DNA of 64,000 nucleotides, taken from an uncultured Bacteroidota bacterium. GTDB lineage: Bacteria; Bacteroidota; Rhodothermia; Rhodothermales; Salinibacteraceae. The stretch's first letter is position 1, and each line of letters starts with the position of its first letter. Shown here piece by piece: positions 55,736 through 64,000 of this stretch. The position numbers were made by a program, and so were the translations under genes. The notes under the pieces were generated by a model. It made no database searches, was not told where the DNA came from, and saw only the letters and a list, made by a program, of their open reading frames with translations. Location: positions 2,881 through 66,880 of the forward strand of contig CAJXKO010000008.1 of the NCBI GenBank assembly GCA_913055845.1, read 5' to 3'.

Positions 55736-57121
55736 ATGGGGTCCTGGTGTCGCAGTACGGTTTTGGGAATTGCTATCGTGCTTCTTGGAGCTCCTGCGGC
55801 TCCGGCACAGACGACGGTGGTGGGGGCGTGGTCGGGAACGCTGGAGATTGGTGGAATGGAGCTTCAGGTCGTCTTTCACGTCGAGCCGGGCGAGGACGGG
55901 CTCACGGCCACGATGGACAGTCCCGATCAGGGGGCAACCGGCATCCCGGTGTCCGACGTGACCGTGGCGGGCGACAGTGTGACGCTTGCCGTCGATCGCA
56001 TCGGGGGCACCTACGAGGGCGTCCTGGCCGGCGACTCGCAGATTGACGGGCAGTGGACACAGGGCGGCCGCTCGTTTCCGCTCACGCTCACGCCGGCCGA
56101 CGAGAGCGACACGGCCCCGCCGCCCCGGCCCCAGCACCCGGAGCCGCCCTATCCGTACGTCGCGGACAGCGTGACCTTCCGAAACGAATCGGCCGGGATC
56201 ACACTGGCGGGCACCCTCACACGCCCCGAGAGCGAAGGGCCGCACCCCGCGGTGGTGCTCGTCTCCGGCTCAGGGCCCCAGGACCGCAACTCGGAGGTGT
56301 TCGACCATAAGCTGTTCCACGTCCTCGCCGACCACCTCACCCGCCAGGGCATGGCCGTCCTCCGCTACGACGAACGGGGCGTCGGCGCGTCCGAGGGCCG
56401 CTTCACCGGCGCCACCTCCGAGGACTTTGCCAGCGACGTGGCGGCTGCCGTCCGCTTCTTGAGGGCCCGACCCGCGATCAATTCGGACGCGGTGGGGCTA
56501 CTCGGCATGAGCGAGGGCGGTTTCGTCGCACCGATGGTGCACACCCGGTTCGAAGCGGTCGATTTTCTCGTGCTGATGGCGGGCCCGGGCGTGCCGGGGC
56601 ACGAAATTCTGGTGGAGCAGGGGGCAAAGATGGCGTCGGTCCAGGGAGCCCCGTCCGCGGTTGTTGACTCTGCCCGGTCCGTACAGCGTCGCCTGATGCG
56701 TGCGATCCGCACGGCGTCCGACTCGGCCGAAATTGCGGCCCGGGTGCGCCCGATGCTCAAAGCGCAAGGTCTTCCCAACGCACAGATTCGGTCGCAGATC
56801 GAGCAGGTAACGAGCCCCTGGTTTCGGTTTTTTGTGCGGCACGACCCGGCGCCCACGCTGCGCCAGGTGAACGTGCCCGTGCTGGCGCTCTACGGCAGCA
56901 AAGACCTCCAGGTGCCGCCCGAGCAGAACGCGGGTCCGATGCGCACGGCCCTTCAGGGCGGCCCGAGCGACGATGTAACGGTGCGCGTGTTGGACGGGCT
57001 CAACCACCTCTTCCAGCCCGCTGAGACGGGACTGCCGACTGAGTACACCCAGATTGAGACCACGATGGCGCCGGAGGCCCTGGAGGCGGTATCGGGGTGG
57101 ATTCGGGAGCGAACACCGTAA
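55736..57121 (+). CDS. Secreted alpha/beta hydrolase
   Basis: 461 aa with a signal peptide (MGSWCRSTVLGIAIVLLGAPAAPAQ). An N-terminal ~120-aa beta-rich domain precedes the hydrolase core (VVLVSGSGPQDRN, nucleophile elbow LLGMSEGG, late LNHLF histidine). Confidence 0.7.
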   Translation: MGSWCRSTVLGIAIVLLGAPAAPAQTTVVGAWSGTLEIGGMELQVVFHVEPGEDGLTATMDSPDQGATGIPVSDVTVAGDSVTLAVDRIGGTYEGVLAGDSQIDGQWTQGGRSFPLTLTPADESDTAPPPRPQHPEPPYPYVADSVTFRNESAGITLAGTLTRPESEGPHPAVVLVSGSGPQDRNSEVFDHKLFHVLADHLTRQGMAVLRYDERGVGASEGRFTGATSEDFASDVAAAVRFLRARPAINSDAVGLLGMSEGGFVAPMVHTRFEAVDFLVLMAGPGVPGHEILVEQGAKMASVQGAPSAVVDSARSVQRRLMRAIRTASDSAEIAARVRPMLKAQGLPNAQIRSQIEQVTSPWFRFFVRHDPAPTLRQVNVPVLALYGSKDLQVPPEQNAGPMRTALQGGPSDDVTVRVLDGLNHLFQPAETGLPTEYTQIETTMAPEALEAVSGWIRERTP

Positions 57122-57163
57122 AGGAGAGGCAGAGCACCCTTCCTGAAAAGACCCACCGACGCG

Positions 57164-57604
57164 ATGCGATACAAGCACACGCAGATTGGGTACGTGACCG
57201 GAGGCGTCACGCTTGCCGCCCTGCTGCTCATCTACTATGCCTTCATGGCGGAGGACGGAGAACTCGGTGCGTTTGGCATTGGCATGCTCGGCGCGTTCGG
57301 GGTCCTCGCGGTCCTCTTCTCCAGCCTGACGGTCACGGTGACCGATCGAGAACTGCTGTTCTATTTCGGGCCGGGCTTCTGGACGAGGCGCTTTCCGCTC
57401 GATGACATCAGTAGCGTGGATGTCGTCCGGAATTCTCCGCTCTACGGGTGGGGCATCCGCTACACGCACCACGGGTGGCTCTATAACGTGTCTGGGCTGG
57501 ACGCTGTGGAGGTAACGGTGCGGGGGCAGGAGCAGCTCCGCATTGGCACCGACGAGCCCGAGGCCCTGAAGCGAGCACTGGAGAAGGCGTGCACCGCCAC
57601 GTGA
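57164..57604 (+). CDS. Hypothetical membrane protein
   Basis: 146 aa. Two N-terminal TM segments followed by a small soluble domain (bacterial PH-like is a guess). Lies between two alpha/beta hydrolase genes on the same strand. Confidence 0.5.
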   Translation: MRYKHTQIGYVTGGVTLAALLLIYYAFMAEDGELGAFGIGMLGAFGVLAVLFSSLTVTVTDRELLFYFGPGFWTRRFPLDDISSVDVVRNSPLYGWGIRYTHHGWLYNVSGLDAVEVTVRGQEQLRIGTDEPEALKRALEKACTAT

Positions 57605-57660
57605 AGGGGCAGCTTTGCATCGAGTATCGCTGGCATATATCCACTAGGTCGCTCGTCCGC

Positions 57661-58656
57661 ATGCGACATCGAACTCGCAGCCCAAAATCTCGGGCGCAAT
57701 GGTGCCTTCTGGGGAGCGTGATCCTTTCCGTTCTTCTATCGGCGTGTGACACGAACAGGCCAGAAGGCGACGCCAATCGGGACGAACCGGAGTTCACGTC
57801 CACGTCCGTGACCGTGCAGAGCGATACCCTCGATCTACCGGGCGTCCTCTTCGTACCCGACACGAGTGCGGCGGTGCCAGGGGTCGTGATCGTGCATGGC
57901 TCCGGGCTTGTGGATCGGGACGGTCAGGCCGTAGGTACCTCTCTGCCCCCGATCTACGAGCGGTGGGCAGAGCGGATGGTGCGGCGTGGCCTCGCGGTGC
58001 TTCGGTACGACAAGCGCACCACACAGCCGGAGGTCCGCCAGGTCGATCCGCGGGCCATTACCTTCCTCGACTTCGTGCGCGACGCGGTTGCTGCGGGTGA
58101 GGTCCTTCGAGGCCGTTCGGGGGTCGACGCGGACCGCCTCGTGCTCGTTGGGCACAGCCAGGGCGGCAACGTGGCCCCCGCGGCCGCGACTCGATTGGAC
58201 GGCGTGGCGGGCATCGCGTCGCTCGCCGGATCGGCCCTCGCCATCGACTCTCTCTTCGTGGCGCAGCTGGAGGCGGGTGGGGGCAGTGGAAACTGCATGG
58301 CCGATCGGGCCCGGGCGCAGTTCGACTCGCTCCGAGCGGGCCAACCGGTCTCGGACGGACTCATCTGCGGGGCAGGCACGATGTTCTGGCGCCAGTGGAT
58401 CCGTCACAGCCAGGGGATGGACAGCGTCGCAGCGGCGGTAGGCCCGCCCCTCCGCGTCCAGCAAGGCCGTGCCGACCAGAACTATCCCGGCACCACCTTA
58501 CGGCAGAATCTGGGCGTCTGGCACCGCATTGCTCAGAATGGAGACGCGACCGTGAAGGCGTACGAGGGCGTCGATCACTTCTTCCTTGAGGCGGGAACGA
58601 TCACAACGGCGGACGCGCCCCTCGACGCGCTCGTCTCCTGGATTCAACATCGGTGA
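57661..58656 (+). CDS. Alpha/beta hydrolase lipoprotein
   Basis: ORF 57589..58656. Start is ATG 57661 (MRHRTRSPKSRAQWCLLGSVILSVLLSAC lipobox). VVIVHGSGLVDRDG, nucleophile elbow LVGHSQGG, late GVDHFF histidine. Confidence 0.7.
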   Translation: MRHRTRSPKSRAQWCLLGSVILSVLLSACDTNRPEGDANRDEPEFTSTSVTVQSDTLDLPGVLFVPDTSAAVPGVVIVHGSGLVDRDGQAVGTSLPPIYERWAERMVRRGLAVLRYDKRTTQPEVRQVDPRAITFLDFVRDAVAAGEVLRGRSGVDADRLVLVGHSQGGNVAPAAATRLDGVAGIASLAGSALAIDSLFVAQLEAGGGSGNCMADRARAQFDSLRAGQPVSDGLICGAGTMFWRQWIRHSQGMDSVAAAVGPPLRVQQGRADQNYPGTTLRQNLGVWHRIAQNGDATVKAYEGVDHFFLEAGTITTADAPLDALVSWIQHR

Positions 58657-58840
58657 GGAGGGCGCGGAGGCACTGCTCGCCACGACTCCGGTCCTTCCAG
58701 CACATTTTTGGGCAGTGATCCGTCCACGGGCTGGCGTCCCAAACCCCTCCGCGCGGACCGAGCAATCAGTTCGGCCCGCGCGGCGAAGGGCATCGAATCC
58801 TGTTGGGGCCCGCTCGCACCGAGGAGGGACCGTCGAGTTG

Positions 58841-59644
58841 TCAGTCGTCGAATTCGATCTCAGATACCCCGTCTTCGAACTCGTACTCCACCTCGAACTC
58901 GACCACGTTGCTGGTCCGGCCGTAGTCGTCTTGCGCGAGGTTGGTCACCGTGCCGTCCGGGGCGCGGAACCACCGGGCCGGATCCAGCTTGACCGTCAGC
59001 CGGCGGGACGGGTCATCGGTCCCAATCTCGAACGGACGATCTTCCAGCTCGAGTTCTACCTCGATTTCGGCCTCGAAGTAGGTTGTGAACGAGCGAGTGG
59101 TGTCGCCCTTGGGAGTGAAGGTGCCAACGGCCACCATGCTGGCGTTTCCGGGCCAGTTGGAAAAGCCGGCCTGGTCGATGTCGTCTTGGAGGGCCGGAAG
59201 TCCCTCGGCGTCATCGCCGTCGTCGAGCTCGGCGTCCTCAACCTCAAAGCCGAATTCGGTGTAGAGACCCGGCGGTACCTGATCCGACACCACCGATGCT
59301 ACCTCCGTCGTGTCCAGTGGGAGGTCCAAGAAGGACGGTTTTTCGGACTCAAACTCCGCGCTGTCGGCTTTGCCCTCCAGCTCGACCTCGTCGACGATCA
59401 GCCGGATGTCGGCGATGCGAAGGGTTCCATTCGGCCCGGAGAGGACCAAGGAGTCGGTCGCAGCCCCGGTACTCAGGGTGTTGGCGTTCAGGCTACTCGA
59501 CTGGGCCGACGAGGGGGCCGTGGAAAAGCCCACCTCAACGTTGGTGCTGTCGGTGGATGGGCCTGCTGAATCGCAGGCGGCAAAGACGAGGGCGACAGCC
59601 AGGAGAAGGGCGAGCGAAGCCCGACGGGGTCGGAAAGGATTCAT
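58841..59644 (-). CDS. Acidic lipoprotein (DUF4382-like, tentative)
   Basis: ORF 58841..59821. Start is ATG 59644 (MNPFRPRRASLALLLAVALVFAAC lipobox). Very acidic beta-rich body. Family name is tentative. Confidence 0.5.
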   Translation of the reverse strand: MNPFRPRRASLALLLAVALVFAACDSAGPSTDSTNVEVGFSTAPSSAQSSSLNANTLSTGAATDSLVLSGPNGTLRIADIRLIVDEVELEGKADSAEFESEKPSFLDLPLDTTEVASVVSDQVPPGLYTEFGFEVEDAELDDGDDAEGLPALQDDIDQAGFSNWPGNASMVAVGTFTPKGDTTRSFTTYFEAEIEVELELEDRPFEIGTDDPSRRLTVKLDPARWFRAPDGTVTNLAQDDYGRTSNVVEFEVEYEFEDGVSEIEFDD

Positions 59645-60082
59645 GATTGCGGAGGCTGGTTGTGCGAAAGTACCGTACGAACTGGACAGCCGTGCGGTTA
59701 CTGCAGGACTGCACGTCGATGGTCCGTTTCGGGAAGTAATGTGTCTGTACGAATCCTCGCGGCTGAGTTGCGGCGGGGATTCTGAAAACCAGCCGCACTC
59801 CACTGTGCCGGCAATCTGCATTCCGCAAGGGGCGAACTGCCGCCGATTTACAGAATGAGGACAATATGACGTTGCATCGGCGGCAGGGTGAGGTGCGGCG
59901 TGTCGGCAGTTTGGGAAATTCTCCGAGGAGTGTCTCAGCGGTGTGTTCGGTGTGTGTCACGCCTGTTGCAGATGACACAGGCATGGAGGATGCGGGCGGA
60001 GAGTCATTCTCGAGGGCGGGCGTGGAGGGTTGCGGCGGACACACCACATTTGACGTCTTGGCTGGGCCAAGCGCTGTCGGTA

Positions 60083-61582
60083 ATGAACGGGAGGAAGCGT
60101 GCCCCGTTCACTTCGGGCTTTATCGTTTGTCTGTCCTTTTCGTGTCTGCCTGTGTACCGACTGTCCAACGCCCTCCGCACCGAACTGCGCGCTACCCTCC
60201 GCCTTGCTGGCCCGGTGGTGGCGGCGCAGCTCGCACACATCTCCATGGGCTTCGTGGATACGGTGATGGTGGGGCGGCTGGGCCCGGAAGCCCTGGCGGG
60301 TGTGGCACTGGGAAACACGATCTTTTTCTTCTTCGCCATCATGGGGATGGGCATGGTACGAGCCGTGGGGCCCATGGTGTCGCAGGCAGTGGGGGCCAAG
60401 GACCCGACGGCGGTAGGACGCAGCGTGCGGCAGGGCCTTTGGCTCGCTGGAGGGCTGGGCCTCCTCGTCTTGCTGATCCTGAGCAATATCGAGCCCGTGC
60501 TGCGGTGGACCGGGCAGCGACCGGTGGCCATCGACGGGGCCACGCGTTACCTGGATGCGATTCGGTGGGGGATTCTTCCGTTTCTGGGTTTTGCCGCGCT
60601 CCGTAGCTTCGTCGAGGGTCTCTCGCGGCCCCTGCCCGTCACCCTTATTTCGTTCGTGGGTGTGGTGGTTAACATCGGTGCCAATGAGCTGCTGATGTTT
60701 GGCCACTGGGGGCTGCCGGCCCTGGGCCTTGCGGGCACCGGCTGGGCCAGTACGATCGTCTTCTCTGTCCTCTTCGGGGCGCTGGCTCTGTTTGTGCACC
60801 GGACAGCGCCGTTTGCCGAGCACGGCGTCTTTGTGCGCATTCGAGAGCCCGACCCCACCTACCTCCGCGAACTGATGCGTATCGGGGCACCGATGGGAGC
60901 CTCCCGAGGGGTAGAGTCGAGTCTTTTCACGATCACCACTGTCATGATGGGCATGCTGGGGACGACGGCGCTGGCGGCCCATCAGATCGCGTTGCAGTGT
61001 GCGGCGTTTGCGTTCATGGTGCCGCTCGGTATTGGAATGGCGGGGACCGTACGGGTGGGGCAGACGGCCGGGGCCCGCGACGAGGCCGGGGCCCGCCGGG
61101 CGGGCGGCGTGGCGATGGGGCTGGCGACCCTCTTCATGGTGGGCACGGCCGTCCTGTTCTGGACGCTACCCCGGCCGCTTGTGGGGTTGTACCTCGACCT
61201 GTCGGACCCCGGCAACGCGGAGGTAGTGGCACTGGCGGTGCAACTGCTCGGCGTGGCGGCGATCTTTCAACTGTTCGACGGCCTGCAGGTGGCGGCCCAC
61301 GGGGCACTGCAGGGCCTGAAGGACACTCGGGTGCCCATGGTTATTGCCATGATCACGTACTGGGGGCTCGGTCTCGGCACCGGGTACCTGTGGGGCGTGT
61401 GGGGCGGGGGCGGCCCCGAGGCTCTGTGGTGGGGCTTAGTCGTGGGCCTCGCCGCCGCGGCCGCACTGCTGGTGGTTCGCTTCCACCGGCAGGTGGAACG
61501 GGCCGTTCGTGAGGAGGCCGCGGCGCCTGCGGAGGAGCGACCGGCGCCCGTCTCGGCCCCGGCGGCTCCGCTGGACGACTAG
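60083..61582 (+). CDS. MATE-family efflux transporter (NorM-like)
   Basis: ORF 59888..61582; the start is uncertain (ATG 60083 chosen). LRLAGPVVAAQLAHISMGFVDTVMVGRLGPEALAGVALG with twelve TM-like segments in two homologous halves. Confidence 0.85.
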   Translation: MNGRKRAPFTSGFIVCLSFSCLPVYRLSNALRTELRATLRLAGPVVAAQLAHISMGFVDTVMVGRLGPEALAGVALGNTIFFFFAIMGMGMVRAVGPMVSQAVGAKDPTAVGRSVRQGLWLAGGLGLLVLLILSNIEPVLRWTGQRPVAIDGATRYLDAIRWGILPFLGFAALRSFVEGLSRPLPVTLISFVGVVVNIGANELLMFGHWGLPALGLAGTGWASTIVFSVLFGALALFVHRTAPFAEHGVFVRIREPDPTYLRELMRIGAPMGASRGVESSLFTITTVMMGMLGTTALAAHQIALQCAAFAFMVPLGIGMAGTVRVGQTAGARDEAGARRAGGVAMGLATLFMVGTAVLFWTLPRPLVGLYLDLSDPGNAEVVALAVQLLGVAAIFQLFDGLQVAAHGALQGLKDTRVPMVIAMITYWGLGLGTGYLWGVWGGGGPEALWWGLVVGLAAAAALLVVRFHRQVERAVREEAAAPAEERPAPVSAPAAPLDD

Positions 61583-61594
61583 CGAGCGGCCCTG

Positions 61595-62232
61595 TCAGAA
61601 GCTGCCAAAGCGAAGGGACACCAGCCCGTACGGCCCACCGAGGTCGGCGTCTGATATGCCCCGCAGGTCGCTCCCCGACACCAATCGGTACCCGCCCGTC
61701 ACACCGGCGCGGGCGTAAGGGGTCACGTTGAGTTCGAGTCGGGCACCGCCCTCCGTGACGAAAATCCCGGTCTGATCGAAGCTCTCACTGTCTCGTGGCT
61801 CAAAACCGTCGGGAACGAGCTGGGCCGAGCCGCCGCCAATTACGATGTTGGCGCCGTAGTGCACCAGTTCAGACGGCGCGCCGATGTATTCGAGGAGCAG
61901 CCCGCCGTATCCCATCTGGAGATCAGCGGAGCGGCCGTTGAACGCCACAGTCGTCTTCGGAGTGGTCGCCAGGCCTCGCCAGCCGCTCCGATCACGACGT
62001 GTCGATCGAGGATCCATCCGCCCTGTCCTCCGACAATCGTCTGGGCCTCTCCGTTTACGGAGGCAACGGCGACCGTGGGAGCTCCGTACCCACCGCTCGA
62101 GGTCACGCCCCCAAAGACTGTCTCGTCGGGGGGCGTGTCCTGAGCGAGTGCCGGAACGAAAGAGGCCATTCCCAAGAGCAGAAGGGCGACGATGGAGCGG
62201 CGCACGACAGAGGGATGCGACGAATGAGGCAT
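61595..62232 (-). pseudogene. Small outer-membrane beta-barrel protein gene with a single frameshift
   Basis: N-terminal part comes from ORF 61840..62364, starting at ATG 62232: MPHSSHPSVVRRSIVALLLLGMASFVPALAQ...GGWILDRHVVIGAAG. C-terminal part comes from ORF 61595..62257: RGLATTPKTTVAFNGRSADLQMGYGGLLLEY...GPYGLVSLRFGSF. The join is at minus-strand GCGGCTGGCGAGGCC (61972-61986). One extra G (GG to GGG) fuses the frames. Confidence 0.65.
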
Positions 62233-62576
62233 CGAGAATGATGTGGGAGAAGGCCAAAACCGAGTCTGGAAAACTACGGCCTCACGGTGGGACGATGTTA
62301 CGAAGGGCGTCGAGGCAGCGTTGGAATACACATTCATTTTGTCGATCCAAAATGCATCATTCATCGTCGATCTACGAGTAGTTCACGCAGTTCTCGCGGT
62401 GCGGGGGATGAGCGCGACGGGATCTCCCGATGTCACAGTGATGAAACAACGGATTGACCCCATCTCCACAGTCGCCGGGAAGACCCGGAGGGGTTGTAGG
62501 TACAAATGCATGCTGTACAGACTGCTTCCGAGCGGGTCCTTTCGTTTACGGTCCTCGAATCACACTTCCCTGGGAT

Positions 62577-63362
62577 ATGCACGTCGAAACCCTCGGTGAC
62601 GGCCATCCGGACTACACCATTGTCGCCTGCGTCCACGGCGATGAGACCTGCGGCTGGCACGCGTTCAACCGGCTCAAGGCGAGCGACGTGACGCTGCGGG
62701 CGCCGGTCAAGTTTGTGCTCGCCAACGAGCGCGCTTTCAAGCTGGGCTACCGATTCTGCGACGTGGACCTGAACCGTGTGATGCCGGGGGACACTGAGAG
62801 CGACAAGCACGAGGTGCGCCTTGCTGCACGCCTGCGGCGAGAGCTAGAGGGCACGAAGGTGCTCGACTTTCACTCTACCGAGTCGACGGGCTGTCCCTAC
62901 GTGATCGTGACGGGGGAGGACGACGCGTCCCGGCGTCTTGCCCAGTCCACCGGGCTCGATCGGATTGTCGACATGAGTCATCTCGGCGGTGGGGTGACGG
63001 GGCCGGTGACGGGCGTGGCGGTGGAGTGTGGGTACTACGACGAGGAGGGAGCGGCCTCACGAGCACACCGCATCCTGCTTCACTTTCTGGCCGCCGAAGG
63101 CCTCATTGATCGCCCCTACGCCCGCTCCACGCCCGAGGTCTATGAAGTGTTCGACGATGCGCCGGGACAGGGATTCACCTTCGTCGCCGACAACTTTCGG
63201 GAGGTGGCGGAGGGGGAAGTGTTTGCCGAGAAGAACGGCACCGCTCGTCGCGCCGACACGGACTTCTACCCCGTGCTCATGTCCACCCACGGGTACGATG
63301 AACGTATTGGATTCATGGCGCGGCACGTGGGACGAGTGGAAGAGGACTCCCCGAAGTGCTAG
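62577..63362 (+). CDS. Succinylglutamate desuccinylase / aspartoacylase-family zinc hydrolase
   Basis: ORF 62454..63362. Start is ATG 62577 (MHVETLGDGHPDYTIVACVHGDETCGWHAF...). HG-x-E zinc motif, VLANERAF..., DLNRVMPG, LDFHST. Confidence 0.75.
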   Translation: MHVETLGDGHPDYTIVACVHGDETCGWHAFNRLKASDVTLRAPVKFVLANERAFKLGYRFCDVDLNRVMPGDTESDKHEVRLAARLRRELEGTKVLDFHSTESTGCPYVIVTGEDDASRRLAQSTGLDRIVDMSHLGGGVTGPVTGVAVECGYYDEEGAASRAHRILLHFLAAEGLIDRPYARSTPEVYEVFDDAPGQGFTFVADNFREVAEGEVFAEKNGTARRADTDFYPVLMSTHGYDERIGFMARHVGRVEEDSPKC

Positions 63363-63495
63363 CCCGGTAACCAGTCCTGCTCTGGAGGATAAGTGGTTTA
63401 CAATCTGGGCAGGCCGGACCGGGCGGACGGATAATTCGCCGAAGAACGCCGTTTCAACGCAGTCTCGCGTCTAGTAAAAACCTCAATCATCCGCA

Positions 63496-64000
63496 ATGTC
63501 TGACGGCACGTCCCGACGCACGTTCGTGAAGCGGGCGGGAGCGGCCCTGGCGACCTCCACCGTCGGATTCCCGTCCGCCATCCTCCCTGATCGAAAGGAG
63601 AAACTTGGGGTGGCCCTCTGCGGCCTCGGGAGCTACGCTAGGGGCCAACTGGCGCCCGGTCTGCAGCGCACCGAGCACTGTGAGTTGCGCGGCATCGTTA
63701 CCGGCTCGCCCGAAAAGATTCCGCGCTGGCAGCGGCGTCACCACATCCCGGACCAGAATGTCTACAGCTACGAGACACTGCCGGACATTGCGAATAACGA
63801 CGACCTCGACGTGGTCTACATCGTGACCCCGCCGGGGGTGCACGCCCGGGATGCGATCACGGCCGCGAAGGCGGGTAAGCACGTCTGGTGCGAGAAGCCG
63901 ATGGCGATGGACGTCGAGGAGTGCCGGGCCGTCATCGACGCCGCCGAGGCGAACGGCGTACAACTGACCGTCGGCTACCGGTTGCAGCACGAGCCCAACA
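63496..64000 (+). CDS. Gfo/Idh/MocA-family oxidoreductase with Tat signal, N-terminal part (3' end beyond window)
   Basis: Not in the ORF track because it has no stop in the window. My translation from ATG 63496 is MSDGTSRRTFVKRAGAALATSTVGF (twin-arginine signal), then LGVALCGLGSYARGQL Rossmann motif and HVWCEKPMAM (EKP motif). The frame stays open to nt 64000. Confidence 0.8.
   Translation, partial: MSDGTSRRTFVKRAGAALATSTVGFPSAILPDRKEKLGVALCGLGSYARGQLAPGLQRTEHCELRGIVTGSPEKIPRWQRRHHIPDQNVYSYETLPDIANNDDLDVVYIVTPPGVHARDAITAAKAGKHVWCEKPMAMDVEECRAVIDAAEANGVQLTVGYRLQHEPN

Overview
Visibly high-GC (not computed), gene-dense chromosomal segment. I support about 50 protein-coding genes. I found no rRNA, tRNA, CRISPR array, transposase or integrase.

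Likely source: several features suggest a halophilic Bacteroidota/Rhodothermota organism of the Salinibacter type. These are a T9SS C-terminal sorting domain, a UpxY-type NusG paralog, a CarboxypepD_reg TonB-dependent receptor paired with a DUF4249-like lipoprotein, and very acidic proteins. This is inference only.

Housekeeping anchors: pheS, pheT, priA, rmuC, zapA, fabF and an ABC-F ATPase. The remaining genes are mostly envelope or secreted functions: M14-like, two S9, M23 and S8 peptidases, three alpha/beta hydrolases, two TonB-dependent receptors, two TlpA-like thioredoxins and a MATE exporter.

Most interesting observations:
1. 6558-10278, minus strand: a translationally coupled four-gene unit of aspartate-less receiver, TM-HEAT repeat protein, processive GT2 synthase and YaiO-like outer-membrane barrel. 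It looks like an uncharacterised synthase-dependent exopolysaccharide export module. A WecA-like fusion protein is encoded next to it.
2. 25148-25629: an antisense Avd-like four-helix-bundle gene sits between pheS and pheT. It is bounded by inverted arrays of four NNCGAAT heptads.
3. 34853-35494: an AbrB-type antitoxin with a doc toxin gene broken by two -1 frameshifts, each in a G6 tract. A third short-G-run frameshift breaks an outer-membrane barrel gene at about 61980. These are either real pseudogenes or homopolymer miscalls.
4. 52025-55302: an S8-type peptidase with a T9SS tail, followed by a stand-alone paralog of its N-terminal domain.
5. 2537-3314, 10279-10999, 28124-28716 and 44514-45082: long non-coding gaps with tandem repeats, hairpins and ambiguous small ORFs.

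All family calls come from motif recognition by eye. No searches were run.
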